DNA of 64,000 nucleotides. Source: Nitrospirota bacterium. GTDB taxonomy: Bacteria; Nitrospirota; UBA9217. A program made the translations under genes and the position numbers. The notes under the pieces were generated by a model that saw nothing but the letters and a program-made list of their open reading frames with translations, was not told the DNA's origin and did not search any database. Positions 52,184-62,697 of the stretch are shown here, in pieces. The number at the start of each line of letters is the position of its first letter. Position 1 is the stretch's first letter. The stretch lies in contig CAVUCU010000001.1 in NCBI GenBank assembly GCA_963740085.1, positions 1,312,001-1,376,000 on the forward strand, written 5' to 3'.

Positions 52184-54853
52184 TCAGGGCTTCGCGATCG
52201 GTCCCACGGTTATTTGGGCAAAACCTGTCGGTCGAATCCACTTGGCAAAAGCCTCTTGAACCTGGCCGGCAGTCGTGTCAACAAAATGCCTGGCGGCTTG
52301 AATCGGTTCGTCGAGAGGCAGGTCTTCCTCCGAGCGGGACAGCAGTCCTCCCGCAATGGCGTCTGTGTTTTCTTCCGAGAGCGTCAGCCGACGGAGGAGA
52401 AGAATTTTGGCCCTCCGCAGTTCCGTTTCCGTAACGGGAACCGTCTGCAGCTCGCCGATGTCCCGATTCACGATGGCACGGGCACTCTCGACATTCGAGG
52501 GGTCGCATGCAAAGAAGACTCCGAAAACTGATCGTGTCTTTTTCGCCTCGATGAAGGACTCCACGGTATATACCAGGCCGGTCTGTTCGCGCAGGTCGCG
52601 GTACAGCCGCGAAGCATAAAACGCGCCCGACAGGACATGATTGCCAAGTACCAGTTTATAGTAGTCGGGGTGGGAGCGTCTGATGCCGATCGTCTCGGCC
52701 AGGGTTACCTCATCCTGGACCCTGCTCTCGTCAGGTACCCTGACCGCGGAGGGCTTGTTGGACGGCACCGGCGGGAGGTCTGTTTCCGGCTTTCTGCCCT
52801 GTGATTTCCATGAACCAAAATATTTTTCAACGACGGACCTCGCCTGTCCGGGAGTTATCCTGCCGATGACCACGATCGTTGACAGGTCAGGGCGAAACAC
52901 CTTGTCATAATACATTCTGACATCGTTCAAGGTCAACTTGCCTACCGTCTCAGGCAAGGCCTGACGGAGCGACGGATCATCCCGGGGATAGAGTGCTTCG
53001 CGAAGTGTGCGCCGTGAAACATAGGAAGGGCTCGAAAGAAGGCCGGGCAGTGAACTTAATTTTTCCTGCCGTACGATCTCAAAAGCGGAATTGGGAAGCG
53101 CGGGGTGAAGTAGATTGTCGGCAAGAAGCTCCATGCCGCGGTCTATCTTGTCGGCGATGACCCTGAGCGAAAAACCCGTTCCCGTCGAGATCTCCGCGCC
53201 GATATCGTCCTGTGCCTTCTGAAACGCCAGCCGGTCCAGGGACGTTGTTCCGTAAGAGAAGAGACTTTCAAGGACATCAGCGACCCCTTCCTTTCCCTTC
53301 GGCTCTTCAAGCTCCGGTTTGTTCTTGATATGCCCTGTGACGGTTACCGTGGGGCTTACGTTTTCCGGCTGAACGATCAGACGGATGCCATTGGATAACC
53401 TGAAGACCGTGGGTTGGACCCTTGAAACCGGAACAGCGGGCAAGGACTCGACTCTTTTTGCCCAATCAGGAAGTTTGGCCAGCGTGACCACCTTCGGGGC
53501 GAACGACTCCTTGCCGCCAAAACCTTTTGATGACACCGGTTTGCTCGAGGGGCGTGGTGTAAGAACTGCCGTGATCGCGGTATCATTCAAAAGATACTGC
53601 CTGAAAACGCGGTTCACATCTTCCACGGTTACTTTTTTGAATGCCGTGATGTCCTCATCCGGAGAGTATCGGCCCTCGACCGCAAGGGCTTGAGACCAGA
53701 TATTGGCGAGACCGGAAATAGAATTGGTCTGAAATTCAGCATCGGTGATTTCGTGACGCTTCGTGGCCTCCACGATGTCGGCCGGGACGCCCTTTTTTGC
53801 GTAATCGGCGATTACGCTCTTTATCGAGGAAATGAGACCGGAACCGTCCCCTCCGGCGGGGAAAGCCGCTGAGGCATAACCGAACGACGCTTTCGGAAAG
53901 GCCTCGCCGTCAAAACCGGTAAAGAGAGCCTTCCCTTCAGTGACCAGCGAATAAAGATTACCCCGGCGACTATCGAGTACGTCGGCCAGGATCTGTCCTG
54001 CCGCAAAATCCGGGCTGTCGTAGCCGGGAAGGCGAAATGCGACAACAGCAAGCCCGTAGGGCAGATCGGAGTCAAGATTGATCGCAGCGGGTTTGAGTGA
54101 CTCAAGATGAACATCCGTGCGGGGAGGGACCGGTCTTGAAGGAATCGGCTCAAACAGCGCCCTCACCTTTTCCAGTGTTCGCCCGGGATCGACATCACCC
54201 GCGATGATGAGGATGGCGTTATTCGGGGCGTACCATGCATTGTAAAAGGCCTTAAGCATGGCGCCGGTCGTCTTGTCGAACGAGGGGCGTGTGCCGAGGG
54301 CGTCATGGGAATAGGGCGTACCGGGAAACAGATCCTCGAGAAGTCGCGTGCTCAAAACATATTCGGGGCTCGAAAGGTCCCGGGCCACTTCTTGCTCTAT
54401 CGCTCCCCGTTCCTGTTCCCAAAGCTCCTCGGTGTCGAGTACGCCGCTCATGCGTACCGCTTCCAGATTCAATGCGACGTCGAGGTCATCCTTCGGTACC
54501 GTAAGGTAATACTGGGTAACGGCCTGCTGAGTGTCGGCGTTAAAGTCGCCTCCCATCAAGGCGATAATGTTCGCGAGTTGAGCGGCTGACAATCCCGGAT
54601 TGCCTCGAAACATCATGTGTTCCTGGGCATGAGCCATTCCGGGAAAGCCGTCAGGCGCATCATTCGAACCCACGAGGTAGTTCATTTCCGTCGTAACTAC
54701 GGGTGCCAGTGTATTCGGGATAATCACCACGCGCAGGCCATTGGTAAGCGTTGCGCGAAGAACACTGGCATCGTGGTACGCCCGCGCCTGCATCGGCAAC
54801 AGCAGCAGACACATGACTGTTGCACACGCGAAAAGGATCCTTCTCTTCATCAT
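52184..54853 (-). CDS. M16 family zinc peptidase (PqqL-like)
   Basis: Signal peptide; LTNGLRV, HAQEHMMFRG, WYAPNNA, SRLYRDLREQTGLVY. Confidence 0.92.
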   Translation of the reverse strand: MMKRRILFACATVMCLLLLPMQARAYHDASVLRATLTNGLRVVIIPNTLAPVVTTEMNYLVGSNDAPDGFPGMAHAQEHMMFRGNPGLSAAQLANIIALMGGDFNADTQQAVTQYYLTVPKDDLDVALNLEAVRMSGVLDTEELWEQERGAIEQEVARDLSSPEYVLSTRLLEDLFPGTPYSHDALGTRPSFDKTTGAMLKAFYNAWYAPNNAILIIAGDVDPGRTLEKVRALFEPIPSRPVPPRTDVHLESLKPAAINLDSDLPYGLAVVAFRLPGYDSPDFAAGQILADVLDSRRGNLYSLVTEGKALFTGFDGEAFPKASFGYASAAFPAGGDGSGLISSIKSVIADYAKKGVPADIVEATKRHEITDAEFQTNSISGLANIWSQALAVEGRYSPDEDITAFKKVTVEDVNRVFRQYLLNDTAITAVLTPRPSSKPVSSKGFGGKESFAPKVVTLAKLPDWAKRVESLPAVPVSRVQPTVFRLSNGIRLIVQPENVSPTVTVTGHIKNKPELEEPKGKEGVADVLESLFSYGTTSLDRLAFQKAQDDIGAEISTGTGFSLRVIADKIDRGMELLADNLLHPALPNSAFEIVRQEKLSSLPGLLSSPSYVSRRTLREALYPRDDPSLRQALPETVGKLTLNDVRMYYDKVFRPDLSTIVVIGRITPGQARSVVEKYFGSWKSQGRKPETDLPPVPSNKPSAVRVPDESRVQDEVTLAETIGIRRSHPDYYKLVLGNHVLSGAFYASRLYRDLREQTGLVYTVESFIEAKKTRSVFGVFFACDPSNVESARAIVNRDIGELQTVPVTETELRRAKILLLRRLTLSEENTDAIAGGLLSRSEEDLPLDEPIQAARHFVDTTAGQVQEAFAKWIRPTGFAQITVGPIAKP

Positions 54854-54929
54854 CAGGCCTCGTGTCGATCCCTTCATCAGCAGGAAAAGGCGATGGGGCT
54901 CCTCCCTCCCCCACCTGGCAAACGTTGCC

Positions 54930-56396
54930 TTACGGCTGTATCGTAAGATAGACCGACCCACCGTCCCTATAGATCAAAAGGAGGACGGTGTCATGCTCGC
55001 CGATCTTTGAAACGATGTCCTCGTACTCCTGCGCGTTCCGGACCGCTTTCCGGTTTATTTCCTGGATCACATCGTTAGCCTGCAAGAGCCCCTGTACCTG
55101 GCTGTCGGACGCTATTTCCGTGACCACCACTCCGGCCAGGCTCTCCGGAAGATTTAATTTATTTCGAAGGCTCGGCGTGAGTTCCTGGACCGTGACGCCC
55201 TTGAGCGCGTTGTTGAATTCAGTTTTTTTCACGACCCGCTTTTCCTGGTACTCGCCCAGCGTAACCGAAATGGTCTGCTCCTTGCCGTTCCTGATGACCT
55301 TGAAATCAGTTTTCGTTCCCGGCGCCATCGCGGCTACCATGTTGCGAAGGGTCGTCACATCGGCGATCTTTTTATCGTTCATCCCGATGACGAGATCTCC
55401 CCTCTTGAGGCCCGATTTTTCCGCAGGACTGTTGTTCTCCACCCCGGAGATGAGGGCACCCTCCGTCTCTTTGATCCCGAGTGATTTCGAGAGCTCGGGG
55501 GTGAGGTTCTGGATGCTTACGCCAAGCCAGCCGCGGATCACTTTGCCGTGCTTGATGATGCTGTCCATGACCGCCTTCGCCATGTCCGAAGGGATCGAGA
55601 ACCCGATCCCCATGTAGCCCCCGCTGGTTGAGAAGATCGCCGTATTGATGCCCACGAGCTCGCCGCTGCCGTTCACCAGCGCTCCTCCGGAATTCCCCGG
55701 ATTGATCGCCGCGTCGGTCTGGATGAAGTCCTCAAAATCGGCCAGCCCGATGTTCGAGCGTCCCACGGCGCTTACGATACCCATGGTTATGGTTTGATTC
55801 AGGCCGAAGGGATTGCCGACGGCAATGACGACGTCGCCGGTCTTCATTCTGCTGGAATCGCCGAACGCGAGCGTGGGCAGTCCTTTTGCATTGATCTTGA
55901 TGACGGCCAGGTCCGTTCGCGGATCAGTACCCACGACCTTGCCCTTGAATTCTCGTTTGTCGAAGAGTATGACCTTGATCTCGTCCGCTCCCTTCACCAC
56001 ATGATTATTGGTCAGGATATAACCATGTTCGGATACGATCACGCCGGAGCCGAGGGCCGATGATTTGAACTTTCGTTTCTGTCCCGGATGTCCGCCGCCG
56101 AACTGATCACCAAAATAGTGCCGGAAGAAGGGGTCGTTGAACATGCCGCCGAAGGGGTCGTCCTCCCTGGTCTCGACTGTTGTTGTTGATATGTTGACAA
56201 CGGCAGGCCTCACTGCTTCGGCAACATCGGCCAAGGCCTCACTCAGCTTGCTGAGCGTTTTGACAGATTCCGCGGAAATATCCTTTTCCCTGGCTGGTGC
56301 AAAGCCGGATGAGGAAAGGCCGGCTGCGAGAATTATCGCTGCAAAAAAAATAAGAATCCTCTTCAGTGTGCCTGTTTGCTTCCACGGTATCTTCAT
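54930..56396 (-). CDS. HtrA/DegQ serine protease with two PDZ domains
   Basis: GSGVI, TNNHV, DLAV, QTDAAINPGNSGG, RGWLGV. Confidence 0.95.
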   Translation of the reverse strand: MKIPWKQTGTLKRILIFFAAIILAAGLSSSGFAPAREKDISAESVKTLSKLSEALADVAEAVRPAVVNISTTTVETREDDPFGGMFNDPFFRHYFGDQFGGGHPGQKRKFKSSALGSGVIVSEHGYILTNNHVVKGADEIKVILFDKREFKGKVVGTDPRTDLAVIKINAKGLPTLAFGDSSRMKTGDVVIAVGNPFGLNQTITMGIVSAVGRSNIGLADFEDFIQTDAAINPGNSGGALVNGSGELVGINTAIFSTSGGYMGIGFSIPSDMAKAVMDSIIKHGKVIRGWLGVSIQNLTPELSKSLGIKETEGALISGVENNSPAEKSGLKRGDLVIGMNDKKIADVTTLRNMVAAMAPGTKTDFKVIRNGKEQTISVTLGEYQEKRVVKKTEFNNALKGVTVQELTPSLRNKLNLPESLAGVVVTEIASDSQVQGLLQANDVIQEINRKAVRNAQEYEDIVSKIGEHDTVLLLIYRDGGSVYLTIQP

Positions 56397-56604
56397 TGAC
56401 GTCCTCCTTGAGTAATTAGTTTCATACGAATGGATCCCGACAGGTCTTCGCTCAACTTTAAGTATACTGCGAAAAACAGGGAACGGGTGCATGACCGGGT
56501 AAATTCCGGATTGTCCGTGCGATACTACTTTGGTTCTATCGTTCTCCTGTGCTCGTTGACTGCGGTCTTCCCGAGTGATATGCTTTCACCAAAGGAGGAT
56601 CATT

Positions 56605-57018
56605 ATGAATAGGATCATGAAAAAACTAATAATCATTATTGCGGGGACGCTCCTTATGTCAGCGGCATGGGGCGTGGAGACCAGGGACGTATTCACGGCT
56701 ACGGTCGACAGCAGCGGTGTACAGAAGGTTGAAATGGTCGGCGGCAGCTATTATTTCAAGCCCAATGATGTTATCGTGAAAGTAAATTTACCCGTGGAAA
56801 TTACGATTAAAAAAGAACCAGGAATTATCCCCCACAACATCGTCCTTCATGCCCCGGAGGCAGGGATCGACTTCAAGGTAGAGCTTAGCACCGAACCGAA
56901 GGTCATCAAGTTCACTCCGACGAAGGTCGGGAAATATCCTTTTTATTGCAGCAAGCGGTTTCTCTTCTGGACGCACAGAGCCAAAGGCATGGAGGGCGTG
57001 CTGGAAGTGGTAGAGTGA
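56605..57018 (+). CDS. Exported cupredoxin-domain protein
   Basis: F.PN, HNIV, YPFYC-x8-H-x4-M type 1 copper ligand set; AAGGAGG RBS. Confidence 0.8.
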   Translation: MNRIMKKLIIIIAGTLLMSAAWGVETRDVFTATVDSSGVQKVEMVGGSYYFKPNDVIVKVNLPVEITIKKEPGIIPHNIVLHAPEAGIDFKVELSTEPKVIKFTPTKVGKYPFYCSKRFLFWTHRAKGMEGVLEVVE

Positions 57019-57713
57019 GCCGGGCTGAGGATCTCCATGCTATGAAGCGGATCTTCACGCCAGATGAAGCAAAACGATTTTACGACCGATTCGGTGCCAA
57101 GCAGGATCTGCAGGCTTTTTATGAAAATCCGGCTCTGGATGATCTTATTGCCTATGCTGACTTCGGTCATGCCAGAGCGGTTTTCGAGTTCGGCTTCGGA
57201 ACGGGCCGGTTGGCGGAGCTGCTGTTGTCCCGCCACCTGCCTCAGGACGCGTCGTATACCGGTATCGATATCAGCGCAACCATGTCACGGCTTGCCGGGG
57301 AGCGTCTGCGCCCGTGGCAGGAGAGGTCCGTGGTGAAGGTCCTCGATGGTACAAGAGGCATGGCTTTCCCCGACCAATCATTCGACCGGTTCGTGTCCGT
57401 TTATGTTCTTGATCTCCTGGCTCCTGAAAATATACGGAGCGTCACGGACACTGCACACCGGATCCTGGTCCCGGGAGGCCGCATCTGCCTCGTGAGTCTG
57501 ACGCGAGGGACCACTGCATGGTGCCGCGTCGTCACGCGGGCCTGGGAATTCGTGTATCGGAGAAGTCCCCGGTTGGTAGGCGGGTGCCGTCCCATAGAAC
57601 TGCTCAAGTATCTCAGACCTCATCTTTGGCGGACCGAGCACCATACCATCGTCTGTTCTTACGGAATATCCTCAGAAATCGTCGTCGCCTCGCGAGCGCC
57701 GTCCTTGGCCTGA
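57015..57713 (+). CDS. Class I SAM-dependent methyltransferase
   Basis: VFEFGFGTG, GIDIS, FPDQSFD, RILVPGG; start 57015 (GTG) or 57042 (ATG). Confidence 0.88.
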   Translation: MSRAEDLHAMKRIFTPDEAKRFYDRFGAKQDLQAFYENPALDDLIAYADFGHARAVFEFGFGTGRLAELLLSRHLPQDASYTGIDISATMSRLAGERLRPWQERSVVKVLDGTRGMAFPDQSFDRFVSVYVLDLLAPENIRSVTDTAHRILVPGGRICLVSLTRGTTAWCRVVTRAWEFVYRRSPRLVGGCRPIELLKYLRPHLWRTEHHTIVCSYGISSEIVVASRAPSLA

Positions 57714-57808
57714 CCAGAAAGAGATTACGGAAGAAATGCTCGAGATACTCGGGAGCGGGGCATTCTACCGAAGGCAATCTCCAGTCGATTGAGAGGAGGT
57801 ACTTCACC

Positions 57809-59506
57809 GTGTCGATAGGAAAGTACGCTCGCAGCGTCATCCGTTTTATCAGGCTTTTCCTCATCCTGGCCAGGAAAGTCCTCATCAATTTGCCCTATCG
57901 GCTCATGTTCGTTCCCCAGCCGAAAAGCATAAAAGTGATCAGCAAATATCTGAAGACCAGAAGATCGAAGATCAGCGCTCCGCTCATTGCGAGGGAAACC
58001 CTGGAAAGCCTCGGGCCTACCTACGTAAAGTTCGGGCAATTCCTGAGCATCAGGCCGGACCTGATCCCGGCCGAATTCTGCAACGAATTCAGAAAACTGC
58101 AGGACAAGGTCCCCCCTTTTCCCTTCGCACACGCAAAGAGAGAGCTTGAGAACGAGCTGAAAAAGGATCATAACGAAGTATTCAGCGAATTTGACGAAAT
58201 ACCCGTAGCCGCGGCCTCCGTGTCCCAGGTCCACCATGCGAGGCTCCGGTCGGGCGAAGAAGTAGCGGTCAAGGTCCAGCGTCCGGGCATGCGGGCAGAA
58301 ATGGAGGAAGACATACTGATCATGCTGTTTTTCGCCATTCTTCTGGAGAAGTTCGTTCCCTCGCTCAGGAAGAACCGGCCCGTCATGCTGATCCATGAGT
58401 TCTCGCGATGGACCGACCGCGAACTCGATTTCTGCCAGGAGGGAAAGAATGCACTGCATTTTTCCTATTACTTTAAAGACTATCCGCAGGTAACTATCCC
58501 GAAGGTTTTTCTGGAGCATACGACAGAAAAAATCCTCGTCATGGAATTCATCCACGGCGTTAATACGCTCGAAGCCCTCCCGGAGTCCATCGACAAAAAA
58601 GCAGTTGCCCACCTCATTGCAGAGTCCATGCTGAAACAGATTTTCGTGGACGGGTTCTTTCATGGGGACCCGCATGCGGGGAACATCTTTCTCCTGGAGA
58701 AAAATACCATCGCCTATCTCGATTTCGGGATCGTCGGATATTTATCGGAAGACTTGCGGGCGTGGACATTCGACATCCTCTACGGCATGTCGGAGGGCAA
58801 CATCGAGAGGGTCATCGAATCGTTCATGGAACTCTGCAATGTCAGTGAAGAGGAAGTGAACGTCGCTGCCTATCGCCGCCAGATGAATGAGGTGCTTTGC
58901 GAACTGCATATTTGTGAAATGGCCAATATCCCCTTTACGCACATGATGGAGAAATTTTTAAATACGAGCCTCGAATACCGCATCAATATCCCGCATGATT
59001 TTGTGATGATGTCCAAGGCGATCGCGACGCTCGAAGGAACGTGCCTGTCGCTCGATCCGGAAATAAGGATCGTCGAGTATCTGAAGCCCTTTGTGCAGAA
59101 ATATCTGACGACCGTCCCGGAATGGGACGATGTCATAAAACAGCTGAAGGCCGGTCCCTTCGAGATGGGGCGGCTGAAGAGATTGATCGCCAAGCACGGC
59201 GTCAGGGCGCTGCACATCCTCGAGAGGCCCACCTTCCGGATCGAAGGCGGGGAATTCAGGAACATCGTGAGAGAAATGGAGAAGTCGAGCCTCAATGTCT
59301 CCTATGGACTTCTCATCGCCGCTCTGATCGTATTCGCGGCGTCACTGAGCAATGAGAGCGCCTTTGAGGCATGGCTGAAAACGGTCCTTCATTTGCCGGT
59401 GGTTCCGATTCTTCCGCTCATCAGCCTCGTGGCTGCCGGATATTTATGGCTGCGGCTCTACCTGCGTACGCGTCAAAAAAAAGGCGCGAACGATTCTTTG
59501 CGATAA
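57809..59506 (+). CDS. UbiB/ABC1 (AarF) atypical kinase
   Basis: LGPTYVKFGQ, AAASVSQVH, VAVKVQRP, FFHGDPHAGN, LDFG. Confidence 0.93.
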   Translation: MSIGKYARSVIRFIRLFLILARKVLINLPYRLMFVPQPKSIKVISKYLKTRRSKISAPLIARETLESLGPTYVKFGQFLSIRPDLIPAEFCNEFRKLQDKVPPFPFAHAKRELENELKKDHNEVFSEFDEIPVAAASVSQVHHARLRSGEEVAVKVQRPGMRAEMEEDILIMLFFAILLEKFVPSLRKNRPVMLIHEFSRWTDRELDFCQEGKNALHFSYYFKDYPQVTIPKVFLEHTTEKILVMEFIHGVNTLEALPESIDKKAVAHLIAESMLKQIFVDGFFHGDPHAGNIFLLEKNTIAYLDFGIVGYLSEDLRAWTFDILYGMSEGNIERVIESFMELCNVSEEEVNVAAYRRQMNEVLCELHICEMANIPFTHMMEKFLNTSLEYRINIPHDFVMMSKAIATLEGTCLSLDPEIRIVEYLKPFVQKYLTTVPEWDDVIKQLKAGPFEMGRLKRLIAKHGVRALHILERPTFRIEGGEFRNIVREMEKSSLNVSYGLLIAALIVFAASLSNESAFEAWLKTVLHLPVVPILPLISLVAAGYLWLRLYLRTRQKKGANDSLR

Positions 59507-59791
59507 GCGGCAGGTTACCGCATTGACCTTGCGGGAGACGGTACTTTGAGAATTGCCTCACGCCCGCCTCATTGAGAACTCAAAGGGGATACGGAAGGTG
59601 AAGCAGCAGAAGCCATTGTGAAATAACGAGGACATCATCTTGCGATCAATGAGCGTTGCGTATGTTGGATAGCCAGTCAAGGATAATGAGGGCATTCTGA
59701 ATCGCTTTTCGGATAACAATACCTTTCTGCGGGCTTGAAATATTGCTATGCTCATGTCTGTAACGCGTGCTTGAACGTTGCAGGTGAGCAC

Positions 59792-60661
59792 ATGAGCAAA
59801 AGGCGGTTTCCCGTGAAAATGCTGTTTTGCTTTGCTTTCGGGCTTATGCTTATTCTTGCTGTCACCCCGGTTATGATTGTTGGTGAGGATGCAGGATCGT
59901 ATGCAGCACCTGCAGTCGCAAATCATGCCGCAACAGAGAAGGACAGCTTGAGCGGCGGTTCCTACATCGAGGCCGAGATGGGCATGGAATTCGTGCTCGT
60001 CAAGGGCGGCTGCTACCAGATGGGCGACACGTTCGGGGACGGCTATGAGAATGAAAAGCCCGTGCATGAAGTGTGTCTTGGTGATTATTACATCGGCAAA
60101 TTTGAGGTGACCCAGGGCCAATGGAAAACCGTGCAGGGTAATAACCCATCGTATTTCAGAAATTGCGGCGACACCTGTCCTGTTGAGAATCTAAGCTGGG
60201 ACAACGCTCAGGCGTTCATCCGCATCCTGAACCAGCGGACAGGCAAGACCTATCGGCTTCCCACCGAGGCGGAGTGGGAATATGCAGCCCGGAGCGGCGG
60301 CAAGAGGGAAAAGTGGTCGGGTACGAGCAGCGAAGCAGAGCTTGGGGAGTATGCCTGGTACAGTGGCAACTCCGGCAACCAGACCCATCCTGTCGGCCGG
60401 AAGAAGCCGAACGGGATTGGGATCTATGACATGAGCGGGAATGTGTGGGAATGGGTGCAGGATATATACAGTGGTACTGCATATTCTTCTCCTGTCAGAA
60501 ACAACCCTGTATATGCGGGCAGCGGCCCCGGCCATGTGTTTCGTGGCGGCAGTTGGCTCTACCATCCGAGAGGCGTTCGGGCGGCCTTTCGCAACCGCCG
60601 CGCCCCGTTCAACATAATCAGGCACCACAATGTCGGCCTTCGCCTCGCCAGGACTCCGTAA
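59792..60661 (+). CDS. FGE-sulfatase (SUMF1/EgtB/PvdO) fold protein
   Basis: FEVTQ, RLPTEAEWEYAAR, YDMSGNVWEW, RGGSW; FGE catalytic cysteines absent. Confidence 0.9.
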   Translation: MSKRRFPVKMLFCFAFGLMLILAVTPVMIVGEDAGSYAAPAVANHAATEKDSLSGGSYIEAEMGMEFVLVKGGCYQMGDTFGDGYENEKPVHEVCLGDYYIGKFEVTQGQWKTVQGNNPSYFRNCGDTCPVENLSWDNAQAFIRILNQRTGKTYRLPTEAEWEYAARSGGKREKWSGTSSEAELGEYAWYSGNSGNQTHPVGRKKPNGIGIYDMSGNVWEWVQDIYSGTAYSSPVRNNPVYAGSGPGHVFRGGSWLYHPRGVRAAFRNRRAPFNIIRHHNVGLRLARTP

Positions 60662-60763
60662 CGGTATGGTTTTTTGCGTTTTTCAGGACTCTGCAAAAAC
60701 GATTGCCCTTTTAAGGATAATGTCTATATGAGACTGTTTAAAACAGAGTGAGGGCCGTTTTCC

Positions 60764-61873
60764 GTGAAAACCGTTAAGGTCAGGAAAGAACATCTCAAGG
60801 TGGTCTTCGCTATACTCGAAGAAAGGTTCCGCATTATCGGACCGAAGATAGCGAAAAACACGGTTATCCTGTCAGAGATATCTGTACGCGACATCCCGGC
60901 CGGATACCGGGACCACCAGGGCCCTGCGAAATACCGGCTCGATCAGCAGAGATCCGATGGTGTCTTCACCTTCTCTCCCGGCCCTGATTCGTTCAAGAAA
61001 TTTCTGCATCCCTCTTCTGAAAAACTCTTTTCCTTCCGGAAGACCGCGAAGGGCCTTGTCGTTATAAAAGAAGTGAAGGAAGAAAAAACGATGGCTTTTG
61101 TAGGCGTGCGGGCTTGTGATCTCGCGGCCCTTGCACTTCTCGACAAGGCCTTCCTCGAAGGCCCTGTTCCGGAGCGGGGATACGAGCACAGAAGAAGGGG
61201 CATCTTCATTGTCGCCGTGAACTGTCTTGAGCCAAACGATACCTGTTTTTGCGATTCCCTCGGGACCGGCCCCGGGATAACGGTCGGGTTTGATCTTGGG
61301 ATCACCGAAACCGCTGATTTTTTCCTGATCGAAGCCGGCAGCGCCGAAGGCGAAGAGGTACTCGAAAAACTGCCCTACGAGGAAGCCTTGGATGCCGATC
61401 TCGATGAAAAAAAGACCGTCATCGCCCGGTGTAGGGAGATGATGAAAAGATCGATGAAGACCGGCGACCTCCCCGGCATCATCTACAGAAATCTTGAGCA
61501 CCCGCGGTGGGCCGAAATCGCGGCCAAGGACCTCGAATGCGGCAACTGCACAATGGTCTGTCCCACCTGCTTCTGCAACTCGAGCTTCGACACCGTCCCG
61601 GCATCGGGCATCACCGGCAGCGTCGGGGAATTTTCCGGCCAGAGGAAGAGGACGTGGGACTCCTGTTTCTCGAAGAATTTTGCCAGGGTCCACGGCGGAA
61701 ATTTCAGGCCCACCCGGAGGGCGAGATACCGGCACTGGATGACCCACAAGCTCGCCTACTGGATCGACCAGTTCGGAAGGCCGGGGTGCGTCGGCTGCGG
61801 CAGGTGCATCACCTGGTGTCCGGTCGGCATCGATATCACTGAAGAACTGGAGGAGCTGAGACGTGTACGATAG
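60764..61873 (+). CDS. hydB: Group 3b [NiFe]-hydrogenase Fe-S (beta) subunit
   Basis: GVRACD, TCFC, ECGNCTMVCPTCFC, WDSCF, CVGCGRCITWCP. Confidence 0.9.
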   Translation: MKTVKVRKEHLKVVFAILEERFRIIGPKIAKNTVILSEISVRDIPAGYRDHQGPAKYRLDQQRSDGVFTFSPGPDSFKKFLHPSSEKLFSFRKTAKGLVVIKEVKEEKTMAFVGVRACDLAALALLDKAFLEGPVPERGYEHRRRGIFIVAVNCLEPNDTCFCDSLGTGPGITVGFDLGITETADFFLIEAGSAEGEEVLEKLPYEEALDADLDEKKTVIARCREMMKRSMKTGDLPGIIYRNLEHPRWAEIAAKDLECGNCTMVCPTCFCNSSFDTVPASGITGSVGEFSGQRKRTWDSCFSKNFARVHGGNFRPTRRARYRHWMTHKLAYWIDQFGRPGCVGCGRCITWCPVGIDITEELEELRRVR

Positions 61874-62696
61874 GTCAGTCCCCTTCGCGGCCACGATAAA
61901 GTGGATAAGGAAAGAGACCCGTGACACCTGGACCTATGCCCTCAGGATCAATGACCGGGAGATTGAAAGGGCCTACCGGTTTCTGCCGGGGCAGTTCAAC
62001 ATGCTCTCTGTGCCCGGCGTCGGGGAATCGGCAATATCGATCAGTTCCGGCGCTTCTGATCGCGACGTGCTTCATACCTTGAGGGTGGCCGGGGACGTGA
62101 CAACGGCGATATCCAAAATGAGCGAAGGAGATGTCGTCGGAATGCGCGGCCCCTTCGGAAAGGGCTGGCCCATGGAGGAAACGGGAAAGAGAAACGTCAT
62201 GATCATAGCGGGGGGAGTCGGCATCGCGCCGTTGAGGTCCGTCATGCGGTCTCTCTCTGCCGAGAGAAGGTCCTGCCCTGGAAAGGACATCATCCTCTAC
62301 GGTGCAAAGACACCCAAGGACATCGTCTATCGGGATGAATTCCCGAGGTACCGGGACATCTTCCAGGTCTTGCTCACCGTCGACAAAGCGGACCCCGAGG
62401 AATACTGGAGGGGAAATGTGGGACTCGTGACGCATCTGCTTGCAAAGGCCTCATTTGATCCCCTCAGAACGATCGTCTTTCTCTGCGGGCCGGAGGTGAT
62501 GATGCAGTCCACGATCAAAGAACTGCTTCTTCATGGTGTTCCCGGCGAGAAGATTTTTCTCTCAATGGAGAGAAACATGAACTGCGGGATGGGCCACTGC
62601 GGGCACTGTTTCTTCGGACCGAAATTTGTCTGCAAGGACGGGGCTGTCTTCAAGTATACCGACGTGGAGGATTTCCTGAGCATACGGGAGGCCTGA
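61863..62696 (+). CDS. hydG: Group 3b hydrogenase FAD/NAD(P) (gamma) subunit
   Basis: PGQFNML, RGPFG, AGGVGIAP, CGPEVM, CGMGHCGHC..VCKDG. Confidence 0.9.
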   Translation: MYDRSVPFAATIKWIRKETRDTWTYALRINDREIERAYRFLPGQFNMLSVPGVGESAISISSGASDRDVLHTLRVAGDVTTAISKMSEGDVVGMRGPFGKGWPMEETGKRNVMIIAGGVGIAPLRSVMRSLSAERRSCPGKDIILYGAKTPKDIVYRDEFPRYRDIFQVLLTVDKADPEEYWRGNVGLVTHLLAKASFDPLRTIVFLCGPEVMMQSTIKELLLHGVPGEKIFLSMERNMNCGMGHCGHCFFGPKFVCKDGAVFKYTDVEDFLSIREA

Positions 62697-62697
62697 C

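Noticed and set aside
59792-60661. FGE-fold protein as a formylglycine-generating enzyme or diversity-generating retroelement target
   Set aside because: Catalytic cysteines are absent, and no reverse transcriptase or template repeat is seen in the window
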